Assembly: GCA_038150705.1 (NCBI GenBank)
Contig: JAYOUA010000001.1
Span: forward strand, 39,673 to 103,672
Direction of reading: 5' to 3'
Origin: Porticoccaceae bacterium
GTDB lineage: Bacteria > Pseudomonadota > Gammaproteobacteria > Pseudomonadales > Porticoccaceae
DNA length: 64,000 bases
In this document: positions 50,903 through 60,993 of the stretch, piece by piece
Layout: each line of letters begins with the position of its first letter
How positions within the stretch are numbered: position 1 is the stretch's first letter
Translations under genes and position numbers: made by a program
Notes under the pieces: generated by a model
Database searches by the model: none
Told to the model about the DNA's origin: nothing
What the model saw: the letters and a program-made list of their open reading frames with translations, nothing else

Positions 50903-52125
50903 TGACCACTAAATTCAGCTGCATCGGCTTCGACGGCAGCGGTTAACTGTTCAAAAATATCTGGCACTGCGCTGATAACTCGGTTCCAGCTGGGGATAAA
51001 GGGTTTTTCCATCGGGTTGTTAAAGAATGCTTCACCGGCCTTGATAATATTTTCGGCGAACATCTCAACGGCTTGTTCCTCCTCGTGAATATCAAGGCTC
51101 AGGCCATTCATGATGGCGTCATTGTGGCAGGTCTCGACAATATCCAGCGCCATGCGGAAGTAGGTGGCCTTAAGTGATCGAAAAGTTTCCTGGCTAAACA
51201 CGACACCCTGGGTGGCAAGTTTGCGAAACAGCGCCTTGGTGATATCAATCGACATCTTTGACAGGCCGCCCTGGTCATTGCCGAGGGACAGATCCTGGTG
51301 CTTGTGATCGTAATTATCAGCAATATCGACCTGACAGAGACGATTGCTGGCGAAGTTGCGGTGCATCTCCGAGAGCACGCCAATTTCAAGACCCCAGTCA
51401 CTGGGTATGCGCAGGTCACTGAGCACATCGCGGCGGAAGGAAAACTCTCCAGCCAGCGGGTACCTGAAGCTACCCATGTAGTTGAGATAGTCCGTGTGGC
51501 CAACGGTTTTCTTTAGTGCGCTGAGAAGGGGAGAGACCAGAAGGCGTGATACCCGGCCATTGATTTTTCCATTGGCGACTCGGGCGTAGTAGCCCTTGCA
51601 GAATTCATAGTTAAACCGCGGGTTGGCGACGGGGTAGATCAGTCTCGCCAGGAGTTCGCGGTCGTAGGTGGTAATATCACAGTCGTGCAGCGCCACGGAC
51701 TCGGCCTTTCCCGAGGCCAGCGTGTAGCCCATGCAGTACCAGACGTTGCGTCCTTTGCCGAGTTCCTTCGGGGCAAGGCCTAGGGCCTGAAGCTTGGCAT
51801 CCAGGGCCTGCAGTCGCGGGCCATCATTCCACAGTACGCGATGGTGTTGTGGCAGTGCCGAGAAAAACCCAATAGCATCGCGATACTGCTGCTGATCCGC
51901 GCGATCCAAGCCAATAATAATCTGGTTGAGATAAGGGACTTCTTTTAAATGGTCGATAATGGCAGGAAGAGCATCTCCCTGAAGTTCAGAGTAGAGGGAT
52001 GGCAGAATTAGTGCCATGGGCCGTGTTTTAGAGAAGCCCAAAAGTTCCTGCTCCATCTCGCTGGATGAACGATTGGAGAGGTTGTGTAGAGTTGTTATAA
52101 CGCCATTTTGGTGAAAGTCACCCAT
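50899..52125 (-). CDS. gpgS: Glucosyl-3-phosphoglycerate synthase
   Basis: [61 protein letters not shown]. Confidence 0.85.
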   Translation of the reverse strand: MGDFHQNGVITTLHNLSNRSSSEMEQELLGFSKTRPMALILPSLYSELQGDALPAIIDHLKEVPYLNQIIIGLDRADQQQYRDAIGFFSALPQHHRVLWNDGPRLQALDAKLQALGLAPKELGKGRNVWYCMGYTLASGKAESVALHDCDITTYDRELLARLIYPVANPRFNYEFCKGYYARVANGKINGRVSRLLVSPLLSALKKTVGHTDYLNYMGSFRYPLAGEFSFRRDVLSDLRIPSDWGLEIGVLSEMHRNFASNRLCQVDIADNYDHKHQDLSLGNDQGGLSKMSIDITKALFRKLATQGVVFSQETFRSLKATYFRMALDIVETCHNDAIMNGLSLDIHEEEQAVEMFAENIIKAGEAFFNNPMEKPFIPSWNRVISAVPDIFEQLTAAVEADAAEFSGQ

Positions 52126-52152
52126 AGTAAGTTCTCTTTGTTGTTGATTTTT

Positions 52153-53022
52153 CTAGCTGTGAATTTGTAGCCAATCAGCGACACCGGCAGCCCAGCCATC
52201 GGGGCCAGTTTTTGCGCTGATGGAGCTGTTTGTTGTGCGAGTTAATACTGGCGGCTGGTGGCTGTCGGATCTGATAACCAGTGCTGATGAGGCCTGTTCA
52301 AGCATAGACACATCATTGCCGCTATCGCCAATCGCCAGGGTTTCGCAGCTGCTCTGCTGTGTCTCCTGAAGATACAGGTCTTGCAGCTGCAACAGAGCCC
52401 GTCCCTTGTCGGTATCGCCGCCAATATTTAAAAATCTTCCCCCCTGCAAGACAGTTGCGCCAAGCGACTGCATCTTTTTAACAAACTGTTTTTTGCCTGC
52501 TGCTGTTCCCGTCCAGTGCACCGGCTCACTGTATTGGCGGCGGTTGGCCAATGTTGCCATTGTGCTACTGAGGCCGGTTAATTCTGCAATGCCCTCGATT
52601 CCCTGATCCCTGTGAATGGAATTAAAGGTCTGGAATTCGCCGGAAAATTCATCGCAGTTGTTGTCCAGCAATTCCAGCCAGGTTTGACGCGTTGGTGCAT
52701 TTTCAATAACCCAGAAATCGTCAGCAGTTGTGCTCATTTCAGGTTGCTTGGAGAAATAGTTCTTGGAGATATAAATAGCTGCGCCGTTTTCGACAATAAA
52801 GGGGTGTGGGTTGTTGAGCATTTCCCTGAGTGGCAGCAGTTCAGCCATGGTTTTACTGGTAATGGGAATAACTGGAATACCCAGTATTTCGAGTTTCTCG
52901 AGCATGGCTGTTGCCGGTTTAAAACTATAGCTGTGATGGTCGAGAAGACTGCCATCCAGATCAGTGAAGATAAGTTTTATCGGTAAGCTAAACGAATTTT
53001 CTCTGGCGGCTGTTTTATTCAC
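52153..53022 (-). CDS. Mannosyl/glucosyl-3-phosphoglycerate phosphatase (HAD-IIB); start uncertain (GTG 53022 versus ORF-track TTG 53232)
   Basis: LIFTDLDGSLLD, TSKT, FIVENGAAI, GGRF, DKGRA, AIGDSGNDVSML. Confidence 0.82.
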   Translation of the reverse strand: MNKTAARENSFSLPIKLIFTDLDGSLLDHHSYSFKPATAMLEKLEILGIPVIPITSKTMAELLPLREMLNNPHPFIVENGAAIYISKNYFSKQPEMSTTADDFWVIENAPTRQTWLELLDNNCDEFSGEFQTFNSIHRDQGIEGIAELTGLSSTMATLANRRQYSEPVHWTGTAAGKKQFVKKMQSLGATVLQGGRFLNIGGDTDKGRALLQLQDLYLQETQQSSCETLAIGDSGNDVSMLEQASSALVIRSDSHQPPVLTRTTNSSISAKTGPDGWAAGVADWLQIHS

Positions 53023-53088
53023 AATCTCGATCTCTGAGGCACTTATATCTGTGTTCAACTGGTTTAAGCAGCCAATAAGCTTTTCGGT

Positions 53089-53105
53089 CGCACCAGATTG
53101 GTGCA
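53089..53105. promoter_or_regulatory. NtrC-type binding site
   Basis: Minus strand TGCACCA-ATC-TGGTGCG, 13/14 to TGCACCA-N3-TGGTGCA. Confidence 0.65.
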
Positions 53106-53255
53106 GATAATGACTGCTTGGTGTGTTTTTTGCCCCAGAATCACTGCTGTGATATTCCTTAACTGCTGTTGAATTAGCGCTGTTGAAGATTTCTGTGCAT
53201 AAGTACACATGCCAAGTCCCGCATTTTTGCAATTTGTCTATTTATTGATTGTTTT

Positions 53256-53272
53256 AGCATTAATCGTGCCAA
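53256..53272 (-). promoter_or_regulatory. Sigma-54 -24/-12 promoter of the glucosylglycerate operon
   Basis: Minus strand TTGGCACGATTAATGCT (TGGCACG-N4-ATGC). Confidence 0.7.
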
Positions 53273-53313
53273 GCTATGCTGGATTTATCCCTAGATGCCA
53301 GAATATTTCCCTT

Positions 53314-53348
53314 AAAAGAAAACCCTGGTGTTGATGCAACAGCAGGGT
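53314..53348 (-). terminator. Terminator of the SCP2 gene
   Basis: Minus strand ACCCTG-C-TGTTG/CAACA-C-CAGGGT followed by TTTCTTTT. Confidence 0.7.
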
Positions 53349-53375
53349 GTCCTTAAATAGCTAACAAAATGCGTG

Positions 53376-53675
53376 CTAGGAGAGAATTGGGCCTACTTTC
53401 ATCGCGATACCCATATCTCCTTGAATCTTAAGTTTGCCGGTCATAAACGCAGAGGTGCCATCCAGCTTACCCTCAGCCATTGCCATAAAGTTATCCAGGC
53501 TGATGACCATGGTGCACTGGGCTTCGACATCCTCGTTGCTGACTAGGTTGGGAACCTGGGTGGCATCCAAAACCAGAAATCCATCATCACCGAAATCGAA
53601 CTTTAAGACAGAACCCAAACCACAGTCCTCCCCGACCTTATCCTTTAATCCTGCTGTAACTGCTTCCAATGACAT
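53376..53675 (-). CDS. SCP2 sterol/lipid-binding domain protein
   Basis: 99 aa; LKFDFG, CTMVIS..NF.AMAEGKLDGTSAFMTGKLKIQGDM. Confidence 0.9.
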   Translation of the reverse strand: MSLEAVTAGLKDKVGEDCGLGSVLKFDFGDDGFLVLDATQVPNLVSNEDVEAQCTMVISLDNFMAMAEGKLDGTSAFMTGKLKIQGDMGIAMKVGPILS

Positions 53676-53918
53676 ATTGATGTTCCTCTTTTATTTTTAT
53701 AATCAGGAGCGCATTCGCTGGCTCAAATGACGTATCACTTTAAAAATCTGGGCTTTAAAAATCAAGGCATAATAACTGCCAAAACAGGGTATGGATCCCG
53801 TCAGGGATTCCTCTGCGGCCTCTTGGAGCTGGTTGTTGCAGTTTTAATGCGCTTCAAATACAGGCCAAAGTAGTGCAAGCTAATACAGGTTCAACTCAAC
53901 ATAATAAGTAGAAGCCCA

Positions 53919-54992
53919 ATGTCCAAACACAACCCCACTATTGATGTTCGCAAGGGAGAAGAGCTCGACCCCCGGCAACTCGACAGCGTGCTTAAGCAGC
54001 TTGTCGCCGGATTAGAGGGTGTTCCTGTCATTAAGCAGTATGCTTCTGGTGCCTCAAATCTCACCTATCTAATCAGTTATGAAAATCGCGAATTGGTATT
54101 GCGCCGACCGCCCCCGGGCGTCAAAGCGGCAAACTCCCATTCAATGATTCGGGAATATCGTGTTATCAGTGACCTGGAATCAGTCTACCCGGCGGTGCCG
54201 CGAGGAATTTGCTACAGCGATGATGAATCGCTGTTGGGTTCCGAGTTTTATCTGATGGAAAAGGTGGAGGGTCTGTTGGTCAAAAGTGCTTTACCTGCGG
54301 CATGGAACTTTAGTGACGACGATCGTCGACGTTTCGGAAAAACCGTATTCGATAAATTAATCGAGTTGCACAAGGTTGATTACACTGCCGCTGGGTTGGC
54401 CGATTTCGGCAAACCGCAGGGCTATGCAGAGCGCCAGATTCACGGCTGGAACAAGCGCTTCGCCAATGCTCGGACTGCCGATGTATCAGGCTTTGAGGAT
54501 GTGCGCGAATGGCTTGTGGCACATATACCGGTAACCGCCGGTGAGAACACAGCTGCCCTGATTCACGGTGACTTCAGGATTGACAATGTGATGATTGATC
54601 CCGGCGATCCCTTTAGCGTCATTGCGGTTATGGACTGGGAAATGGCAGCACTCGGTGATCCTTTGATGGATTTGGCGAATTCGCTGGCTTACTGGGTTCA
54701 CAGTGATGATCCACCGGCATTGCAGGCGATCAGGCAACAGCCCTCGGATGCGCCGGGTATGCTGCGCCGCGAGGAGATTATTGCCTACTATGCCGAGCAG
54801 ACCGGTTTTGATATTTCATCTTGGGATTTCTATGAGGTGTATGGTTACTGGCGCCTTGTAGGTATTTTGCAGCAGCTTTACTTCCGCTATGTAAACAAGC
54901 AAACCGAGGATCAGCGCTTCGCCGCCTATGGACAGGGCGTTTCCCATCTCGGTGAATACTGTCGCCAGTTGATTGCCAGATCGACTCTTTAA
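53919..54992 (+). CDS. APH-like phosphotransferase (ACAD10/11 kinase-domain family)
   Basis: GASNLTY, VLRRPP, HSMIREYRV, FYLMEKVEG, IHGDFRIDN, DWEMAALGDPLMDL. Confidence 0.88.
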   Translation: MSKHNPTIDVRKGEELDPRQLDSVLKQLVAGLEGVPVIKQYASGASNLTYLISYENRELVLRRPPPGVKAANSHSMIREYRVISDLESVYPAVPRGICYSDDESLLGSEFYLMEKVEGLLVKSALPAAWNFSDDDRRRFGKTVFDKLIELHKVDYTAAGLADFGKPQGYAERQIHGWNKRFANARTADVSGFEDVREWLVAHIPVTAGENTAALIHGDFRIDNVMIDPGDPFSVIAVMDWEMAALGDPLMDLANSLAYWVHSDDPPALQAIRQQPSDAPGMLRREEIIAYYAEQTGFDISSWDFYEVYGYWRLVGILQQLYFRYVNKQTEDQRFAAYGQGVSHLGEYCRQLIARSTL

Positions 54993-55122
54993 GCAGCGAG
55001 GGATAGCGACATTTGATGGCTCATTGGAGTCTTGCTGCGGTTATTGCTGTCAGCCTGAGGCGGGTGATCCTGCAGCCCTCTTTACAGCAGTTGGCAGCGT
55101 GACTCGCCGTTCACCTTAATAA

Positions 55123-55151
55123 TTGACACCTCCAGTGCCACAACATACTGT
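55123..55151 (+). promoter_or_regulatory. Candidate sigma-70 promoter of the acyl-CoA dehydrogenase genes
   Basis: TTGACA-17-TACTGT. Confidence 0.55.
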
Positions 55152-55183
55152 GATGCGCATAAATTATTCAAAGGGGTGAGTTA

Positions 55184-56368
55184 GTGGATATTAATTTTTC
55201 AGCACAGGACCTCGAGTTTCGCGATGAGGTGCGGGCATTTTTCGCCAGTGAATACGATGCAAAGGTCGCGCAGAGTCTCTCTAGCGGCTCCGGAGAAGAC
55301 TACAAGCAAGCAATTGTAAGTTGGCAGAAAAAGCTTTTCGCCAAGGGGTGGATTGCCCCGGGTTGGCCAAAAGAGTACGGCGGTACCGGTTGGTCTGTAA
55401 CGCAAAAGTTTATCTACGAGACCGAGCGCGGTGCGGCGGGTATCCCGGATGTGGTGCCCTTCGGCCTCAAGATGGTTGCGCCGGTTATTTATACATTTGG
55501 CAACGAGGAGCAGAAGGCGAGGTTTCTGCCGCGTATTCTCTCCAGCGAAGACTGGTGGTGCCAGGGTTACTCAGAGCCTGGAGCCGGTTCTGACCTCGCT
55601 GCTTTGAGCACCACTGCCGAGTACGCTGGTGATAACTATATTGTCAATGGCCGCAAGATATGGACAACCTTCGCCCAGTACGCCGACTGGATTTTCTGCC
55701 TGGTGCGTACCTCCAAGGATGTGCGCAAGCAGCAAGGGATTAGCTTCCTGTTGATAGATATGAAAACCCCGGGTGTTTCAGTCAAGCCAATTCCAACCAT
55801 CGATGGCAAGCACAGTCTCAATGAGGTGCTGTTTGAAGATGCTCTGGTGCCGCGGGAAAATTTAATCGGTGAGCAAGATAAGGGTTGGACCTATGCCAAA
55901 GCGCTGTTGGCCCACGAGCGCACCGGTATGGCCGAAGTGGCCGACTCCAAGCGGATGCTGGCAAACCTGAAGAAACGCGCTGCAGCCGAGGTCAATGGCG
56001 GTCAGCCAATGATTGCCGATCCGGTTTTCCAAATGCGTCTTTCGGATATCGAGATGGAATTGATGGCATTGGAATACACAGAGCTGCGTGTATTTGCCTC
56101 TATGGCAGCGGGCGGAACGCCAGGCCCAGAGTCTTCTCTGCTGAAAATAAAAGGCACCGAAATATCCCAGTCTATCCACGAACTGCAGCTGCAGTTGGCG
56201 GCCTATTATGGCGGTGCGCTCCAGGGGAAGCTGAGCAACCAGCAGCTGGGTCACGACTTTGCGAGCGAGGCGCGTAGGAGTTATATGTACGGCCGTGCTG
56301 CGACTATTTACGGCGGATCTAATGAAGTGCAGCGCAATGTGATTGCCAAGGCTGTGCTGGGTCTTTGA
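55184..56368 (+). CDS. Acyl-CoA dehydrogenase (PimC-like subunit)
   Basis: WCQGYSEPGAGSDLA, NGRKIWTT, GEQDKGWT, TIYGGSNEVQRNVI. Confidence 0.92.
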   Translation: MDINFSAQDLEFRDEVRAFFASEYDAKVAQSLSSGSGEDYKQAIVSWQKKLFAKGWIAPGWPKEYGGTGWSVTQKFIYETERGAAGIPDVVPFGLKMVAPVIYTFGNEEQKARFLPRILSSEDWWCQGYSEPGAGSDLAALSTTAEYAGDNYIVNGRKIWTTFAQYADWIFCLVRTSKDVRKQQGISFLLIDMKTPGVSVKPIPTIDGKHSLNEVLFEDALVPRENLIGEQDKGWTYAKALLAHERTGMAEVADSKRMLANLKKRAAAEVNGGQPMIADPVFQMRLSDIEMELMALEYTELRVFASMAAGGTPGPESSLLKIKGTEISQSIHELQLQLAAYYGGALQGKLSNQQLGHDFASEARRSYMYGRAATIYGGSNEVQRNVIAKAVLGL

Positions 56369-56415
56369 TCGCGCCTGTAACAGATATAAGAATGATATTG
56401 GTGGAGGGAATTTAG

Positions 56416-57579
56416 ATGAATTTTGAGTTTTCCGAAGAGCAGGTAATGATCAAAGACAGCGTTGCACGCTTTGTTCGCGACGAGTACGACTTTGATGTCA
56501 GGCGTACAATTATCGAGTCCCAAGAGGGCATCAGCCGGGATTTCTGGGCGATGTTTGCCGAGCTGGGCTGGTTGTCGATTCCCTTTGCCGAGGAGTATGG
56601 CGGGTTTGGTGGCTCGGTTGAAGACACAGTGGCAATTATGGAAGAGTTGGGAAAGGGTATTGTTGTTGAGCCTTATGTTTCTACCGTGGTCATCTTTGGT
56701 GGCCTGCTCTCGGCATCGACCAATGAAGCGCTGAAAGCAGAGTATATTCCCAAGATTATCGATGGCAGTTGCCTGGGTTCCTTTGCCTTCCTGGAGCGTC
56801 AGTCGCGTTTTGAACTCACCGATATAGCCACCAGTGCCGTTGCAAATGAAGCGGGGTACAGCCTTAACGGTGAAAAGACGGTGGTGTTCAATGGAGCGAG
56901 CGCAAATAACTTGATTGTCGCTGCACGAACCAGTGGTGAGCAGTTCGAGCGTCAGGGTATTAGTTTATTTATGGTTGATGCCGGATCTCCTGGCGTGACG
57001 ATCAACAGTTATAAAACTATGGATGGTCAGAGTGCCTCGACTATCAGCTTTGCGGATGTCCAAGTCTCGGCAAGTGATTTGCTGGGTGGCGTGGATCAGG
57101 GAATGGATATCGTCGATCAGGTGATGCCACACATTCTTCTGGCGCTGAGTGCCGAGGCGCTGGGTATTATGCAGGCTCTCAATAGCATCACTGTTGATTA
57201 CACCAAAACCCGCCAGCAGTTTGGTACTCCTATCAGCTCATTCCAGGCATTGCAGCACCGTATGGTTGATACCTTTATGGCCTGCGAGCAGAGTAAATCG
57301 CTGCTTTATCGCGGCCTGTGCCAGGCAACTGAAGTTGCTGTAAATCCTCAACTTGGTACGGCGGAACTGCAAAAATCTGTGCATGCACTAAAAGCAACTG
57401 TGGCCAAGCATGGCAAACTTATCGGTGAAGAGGCGATTCAAATTCACGGTGGCATTGGTATCACCGACGAGCTAAATATTGGTCACTATGTGAAGCGTCT
57501 GATGACCATCAATGTCACCTTTGGTGATGCTGATTACCACCAGAAAAAGTTTAATCAGCTCAGTTATACGGCGCTCTGA
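56416..57579 (+). CDS. Acyl-CoA dehydrogenase (PimD-like subunit)
   Basis: LNGEKTVV, YTKTRQQFGTPISSFQALQHR, AIQIHGGIGIT. Confidence 0.9.
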   Translation: MNFEFSEEQVMIKDSVARFVRDEYDFDVRRTIIESQEGISRDFWAMFAELGWLSIPFAEEYGGFGGSVEDTVAIMEELGKGIVVEPYVSTVVIFGGLLSASTNEALKAEYIPKIIDGSCLGSFAFLERQSRFELTDIATSAVANEAGYSLNGEKTVVFNGASANNLIVAARTSGEQFERQGISLFMVDAGSPGVTINSYKTMDGQSASTISFADVQVSASDLLGGVDQGMDIVDQVMPHILLALSAEALGIMQALNSITVDYTKTRQQFGTPISSFQALQHRMVDTFMACEQSKSLLYRGLCQATEVAVNPQLGTAELQKSVHALKATVAKHGKLIGEEAIQIHGGIGITDELNIGHYVKRLMTINVTFGDADYHQKKFNQLSYTAL

Positions 57580-57590
57580 ATCTCGCAGTT

Positions 57591-58652
57591 ATGATATTTA
57601 GTCTGCTGACAATTATCATCGGGGGGCTGTGTCTTTATTTGGCCTTCGTGCTTTTGAGACCTGACCCATTAGCCAGGTATGATCTGCCTGAGGGGCAGCT
57701 GTTTCGTTGTGCGCCCAATTCCGCGGATGTCCTTGACCTGATTCATCAAAAGATCAGTTATGCTCACAGTGAAACCGAGAATCTCAGTTTTAAACAGCGG
57801 CTTCATTTTATGCGTGATTCCATGGACAGCTTCTTTGAAGATGTGGCTATTAGCAGTGAGATTTTTCCGGTGGATGCCGGCGGTGTCGATGCCGAGTGGG
57901 TGATGGCGCGAGGTGCTGATAGTAGTCGGCGTCTGCTCTATATTCACGGCGGTGCTTTCTATGCCGGCAGTGCTAAAAGCCACCGGGTAATTACCAGCAA
58001 GCTTTCCGAGATCACCAACTGTGCGGTACTGGCAATTAACTACCGACTGATGCCAGAGCACTCGCGGATGGCGGGGGTTGAGGATTGTCGCAGTGCATAC
58101 TGCTGGCTAGTTGCCAACGGCCCTCAGGGCCCTTCAGAGGCCGCGACAATATTCGTCGCCGGTGATTCCGCTGGCGGCAGTCTCAGCCTCTCTCTGGCAG
58201 CCTGGTTGCGAGATACCGCGGCAAGATTACCGAATGCGATTGTGGCTCTTTCACCAATTACCGATGCACGTATGCGCAGCCCAAGTATCAAGCGCAATCA
58301 ACACAGGGATATTATTCTTAAGCCACTTGCCAGAGGGCTGGGGACGATTCCGCGGCCACTGCTGGTTGTCGGCAAATGGCTTTTTACCGGTCGTAGCCCA
58401 ATTGACCCGGTGGTGTCACCCTTGCATGGCGATCTTTCAGGGCTGCCGCCAACTTTGATTCAGGTAAGTGATAGTGAAATACTTCTCGATGATGGACGTC
58501 GCTATGTTAATAAAGCCGTTGCTGCCGGCAGCCCCGCAGTTTTACAGTGCTGGCAGAATGTTCCCCATGTCTGGCAGATTTTTTATCCGCAACTTCCAGA
58601 GGCTGTAAATGCTTTTGAGCAGATAGAAGCCTTCTGTGAGTGCTATGGTTAG
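57591..58652 (+). CDS. HSL-family esterase/lipase with N-terminal TM/signal
   Basis: YIHGGAF oxyanion motif, NYRLMPEH, GDSAGG, ILLDD, HVWQ. Confidence 0.9.
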   Translation: MIFSLLTIIIGGLCLYLAFVLLRPDPLARYDLPEGQLFRCAPNSADVLDLIHQKISYAHSETENLSFKQRLHFMRDSMDSFFEDVAISSEIFPVDAGGVDAEWVMARGADSSRRLLYIHGGAFYAGSAKSHRVITSKLSEITNCAVLAINYRLMPEHSRMAGVEDCRSAYCWLVANGPQGPSEAATIFVAGDSAGGSLSLSLAAWLRDTAARLPNAIVALSPITDARMRSPSIKRNQHRDIILKPLARGLGTIPRPLLVVGKWLFTGRSPIDPVVSPLHGDLSGLPPTLIQVSDSEILLDDGRRYVNKAVAAGSPAVLQCWQNVPHVWQIFYPQLPEAVNAFEQIEAFCECYG

Positions 58653-58731
58653 GCATATGATTTTTGCCAACAGTTTCAGTGTTAACGATAAATAGACAGC
58701 TATCAGTTACAGGCTCCAGAGGAAAAGCCCT

Positions 58732-60441
58732 ATGAATGCTGAAAATAATAATAAAACCATCCTCGGGCATCCGCGAGGCCTGTTGATTTTGTTTCTTACC
58801 GAGATGTGGGAGCGATTTTCCTATTATGGTATGCGCGGCCTGTTAATTGTCTACCTTACCCAGCACTTTCTATTTTCAGATGAAAAATCCAGCGTTATTT
58901 ATGGCGCCTACACGGCGTTGGTCCTGGTTATGACCATTGTTGGCGGCTCTCTGGCTGACCGCTATCTGGGTGCGCGCAAGGCAGTGATCTTTGGTGCCAT
59001 ACTCCTGACCCTTGGGCACTTTGGTATGAGTTTTGAGGGGAAGGGCTCGAGGCAACTAGTAACCTATGAGGGCAGCCAGTACCAGATAAAGCTCGATGCT
59101 CGTGGCGGAGATGCCCGCCAACAGATAGTCACTGAGCAGGGAATCTCCTATATCAACTTTACCGATACCAGTATGCACATCGCCGAGCCTGAAATCGTTG
59201 GCCTTCCCGCCACTATAGCTCGCGAACAATTGCTTATCTCTGTGGAGAGAGAGGCGTTATATCTCAATATCCTCTATCTGTCCCTTGCGCTGTTGATCGC
59301 CGGGGTGGGTTTTTTAAAGGCAAATATCTCGACCATTGTCGGTTCGCTTTACGGCTTTGGCGATGCCCGCCGCGACTCCGGATTTACCATTTTCTATATG
59401 GGCATCAATATTGGTGCATTTATGGCATCTATTTTCTGCGGTTACCTGGGCATTGTGCATGGCTGGAAATACGGCTTTGGTCTGGCCGGGGTTGGGATGT
59501 TGCTGGGATTGACTATATTTCTCTGCTGCCAGAGTTGGTTGCAAGGCAAAGCCGAGCCTCCTTCAATGGAGAGGCTTAAGCAAAAGGTATTTCTATTTAT
59601 CAACGTTGAATGGTTCTGTTACCTGATTGGCTTGGGGATTATTGGCGTCTCAATGCTGCTGGTTATGAATGAAGAGCTTGTAGGCGGCATACTCGGGCCA
59701 CTGGGTTTGTTGATTTTTGTTCTTCTGGTCAGCTATGCGTTTACGCAGCTCAAGGGGGATGAACGCTCGCGAATGTTAGCGGCAATCTATTTTATATTAG
59801 CTCAAATTCCTTTTTGGGCGCTCTTTGAACAGGCGGGTTCATCCCTCAACCTTTTGACAGTGCGCCTGGTCGATCGTGAGATTCTTGGCTGGTCTGTGCC
59901 TGGACCGGTCTTTCAGTCACTGAATGCCGGATTTATCTTTCTCTTCGCGCCACTTGTAGCCTGGCTGTGGATATGGCTGGCTAAGCGCAAGTTAAATCCA
60001 CCCACTGCGGTTAAATTTGCCCTGGGGGTGGCCATGGCTGGCCTCGGTTTCCTGGTGCTGGTAGCAGGTATGAAGGGCTCTGGTACGCTGGGTTTGACGC
60101 CAGTGATCTTTATCTTTGCAATTTACTGGATTCATACCATGGGTGAGCTGTTGGTATCACCTGTGGGCTTGTCTGCAGTCACCAAGCTGGCACCGGTGAG
60201 GATTGTTGGAATGACCATGGGCGCATGGTTTCTCTACTCAGGCCTATCGAACTACCTGGCCGGTGTGATTGCACGCACTACAGGTGCGGAAACTATCGGC
60301 GGGCAGATTACCAATATAGCGGTGGCCAAGGCTGGTTATATCCAGGTCTATTCCCAGGTCGGTTATATTGCTCTGGGTATTGCGCTGCTGATGCTTTTGT
60401 TGTCGCCAATTATCACCAAGATGATGCGCGGCGCAGACTAA
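58732..60441 (+). CDS. POT/PTR-family proton-dependent oligopeptide transporter
   Basis: EMWERFSYYGMR (ExxERF), FYMGINIGA, FWALFEQAGSSL, GELLVSPVGLS. Confidence 0.95.
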   Translation: MNAENNNKTILGHPRGLLILFLTEMWERFSYYGMRGLLIVYLTQHFLFSDEKSSVIYGAYTALVLVMTIVGGSLADRYLGARKAVIFGAILLTLGHFGMSFEGKGSRQLVTYEGSQYQIKLDARGGDARQQIVTEQGISYINFTDTSMHIAEPEIVGLPATIAREQLLISVEREALYLNILYLSLALLIAGVGFLKANISTIVGSLYGFGDARRDSGFTIFYMGINIGAFMASIFCGYLGIVHGWKYGFGLAGVGMLLGLTIFLCCQSWLQGKAEPPSMERLKQKVFLFINVEWFCYLIGLGIIGVSMLLVMNEELVGGILGPLGLLIFVLLVSYAFTQLKGDERSRMLAAIYFILAQIPFWALFEQAGSSLNLLTVRLVDREILGWSVPGPVFQSLNAGFIFLFAPLVAWLWIWLAKRKLNPPTAVKFALGVAMAGLGFLVLVAGMKGSGTLGLTPVIFIFAIYWIHTMGELLVSPVGLSAVTKLAPVRIVGMTMGAWFLYSGLSNYLAGVIARTTGAETIGGQITNIAVAKAGYIQVYSQVGYIALGIALLMLLLSPIITKMMRGAD

Positions 60442-60499
60442 TAACTAAAATCGACAATAATTACCAATCAATAGCAAGTTATCAAAGGAGTGTAAAAAA

Positions 60500-60961
60500 A
60501 TGCCACAAATTATAGAGAAGCAGAAAATCGATCAGTATGTAGGTCATGTCTGTGAGCCCACAGACTGGTTTGAGGTTACTCAGGACCAGGTAAATACCTT
60601 TGCCGACTGCACCCTCGACCGACAGTTTATTCATATAGACCCGGTGGCTGCCGCCCAGACCCCTTTCGGCGGCACTATTGCCCATGGATTTCTGACCCTG
60701 TCGATGCTGTCTTATTTTGCCGAGAGTTTTAACCTGATTGTTGAAGGCATCTATATGGGCGTAAACAAGGGCTTTGATAAGGTGCGCTTTGTCGCTCCGG
60801 TTCCGGTTGGCAGCAAGATTCGCGCGCATGCCAGGGTTCTTGATATCCATGAAAAGCGTCCCGGTCAGTTTGACTTTAAGATTGAGGTGACCGTCGAGAT
60901 CGAAGGTGTTGAGAAACCTGCACTGGTTGCCGAATGGTTATCCGTTCAGATGGCTAAATAA
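60500..60961 (+). CDS. MaoC-family (hot-dog) dehydratase
   Basis: VTQDQVNTFADCT.D.QFIHIDP, TIAHGFLTLS, KVRFVAPVPVG. Confidence 0.92.
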   Translation: MPQIIEKQKIDQYVGHVCEPTDWFEVTQDQVNTFADCTLDRQFIHIDPVAAAQTPFGGTIAHGFLTLSMLSYFAESFNLIVEGIYMGVNKGFDKVRFVAPVPVGSKIRAHARVLDIHEKRPGQFDFKIEVTVEIEGVEKPALVAEWLSVQMAK

Positions 60962-60993
60962 AATAATAAAAGTCCCCAATAATGAGGTAGATA

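Noticed and set aside
53861-53878. GG-N10-GC or half NtrC-like motif upstream of the phosphotransferase
   Set aside because: Lacks the TGGCAC core and has only one NtrC half-site
54993-55010. GCAGCGAGGGAT as a third REP copy
   Set aside because: Only a partial match to one end; the TCGGGATGAC arm is absent.
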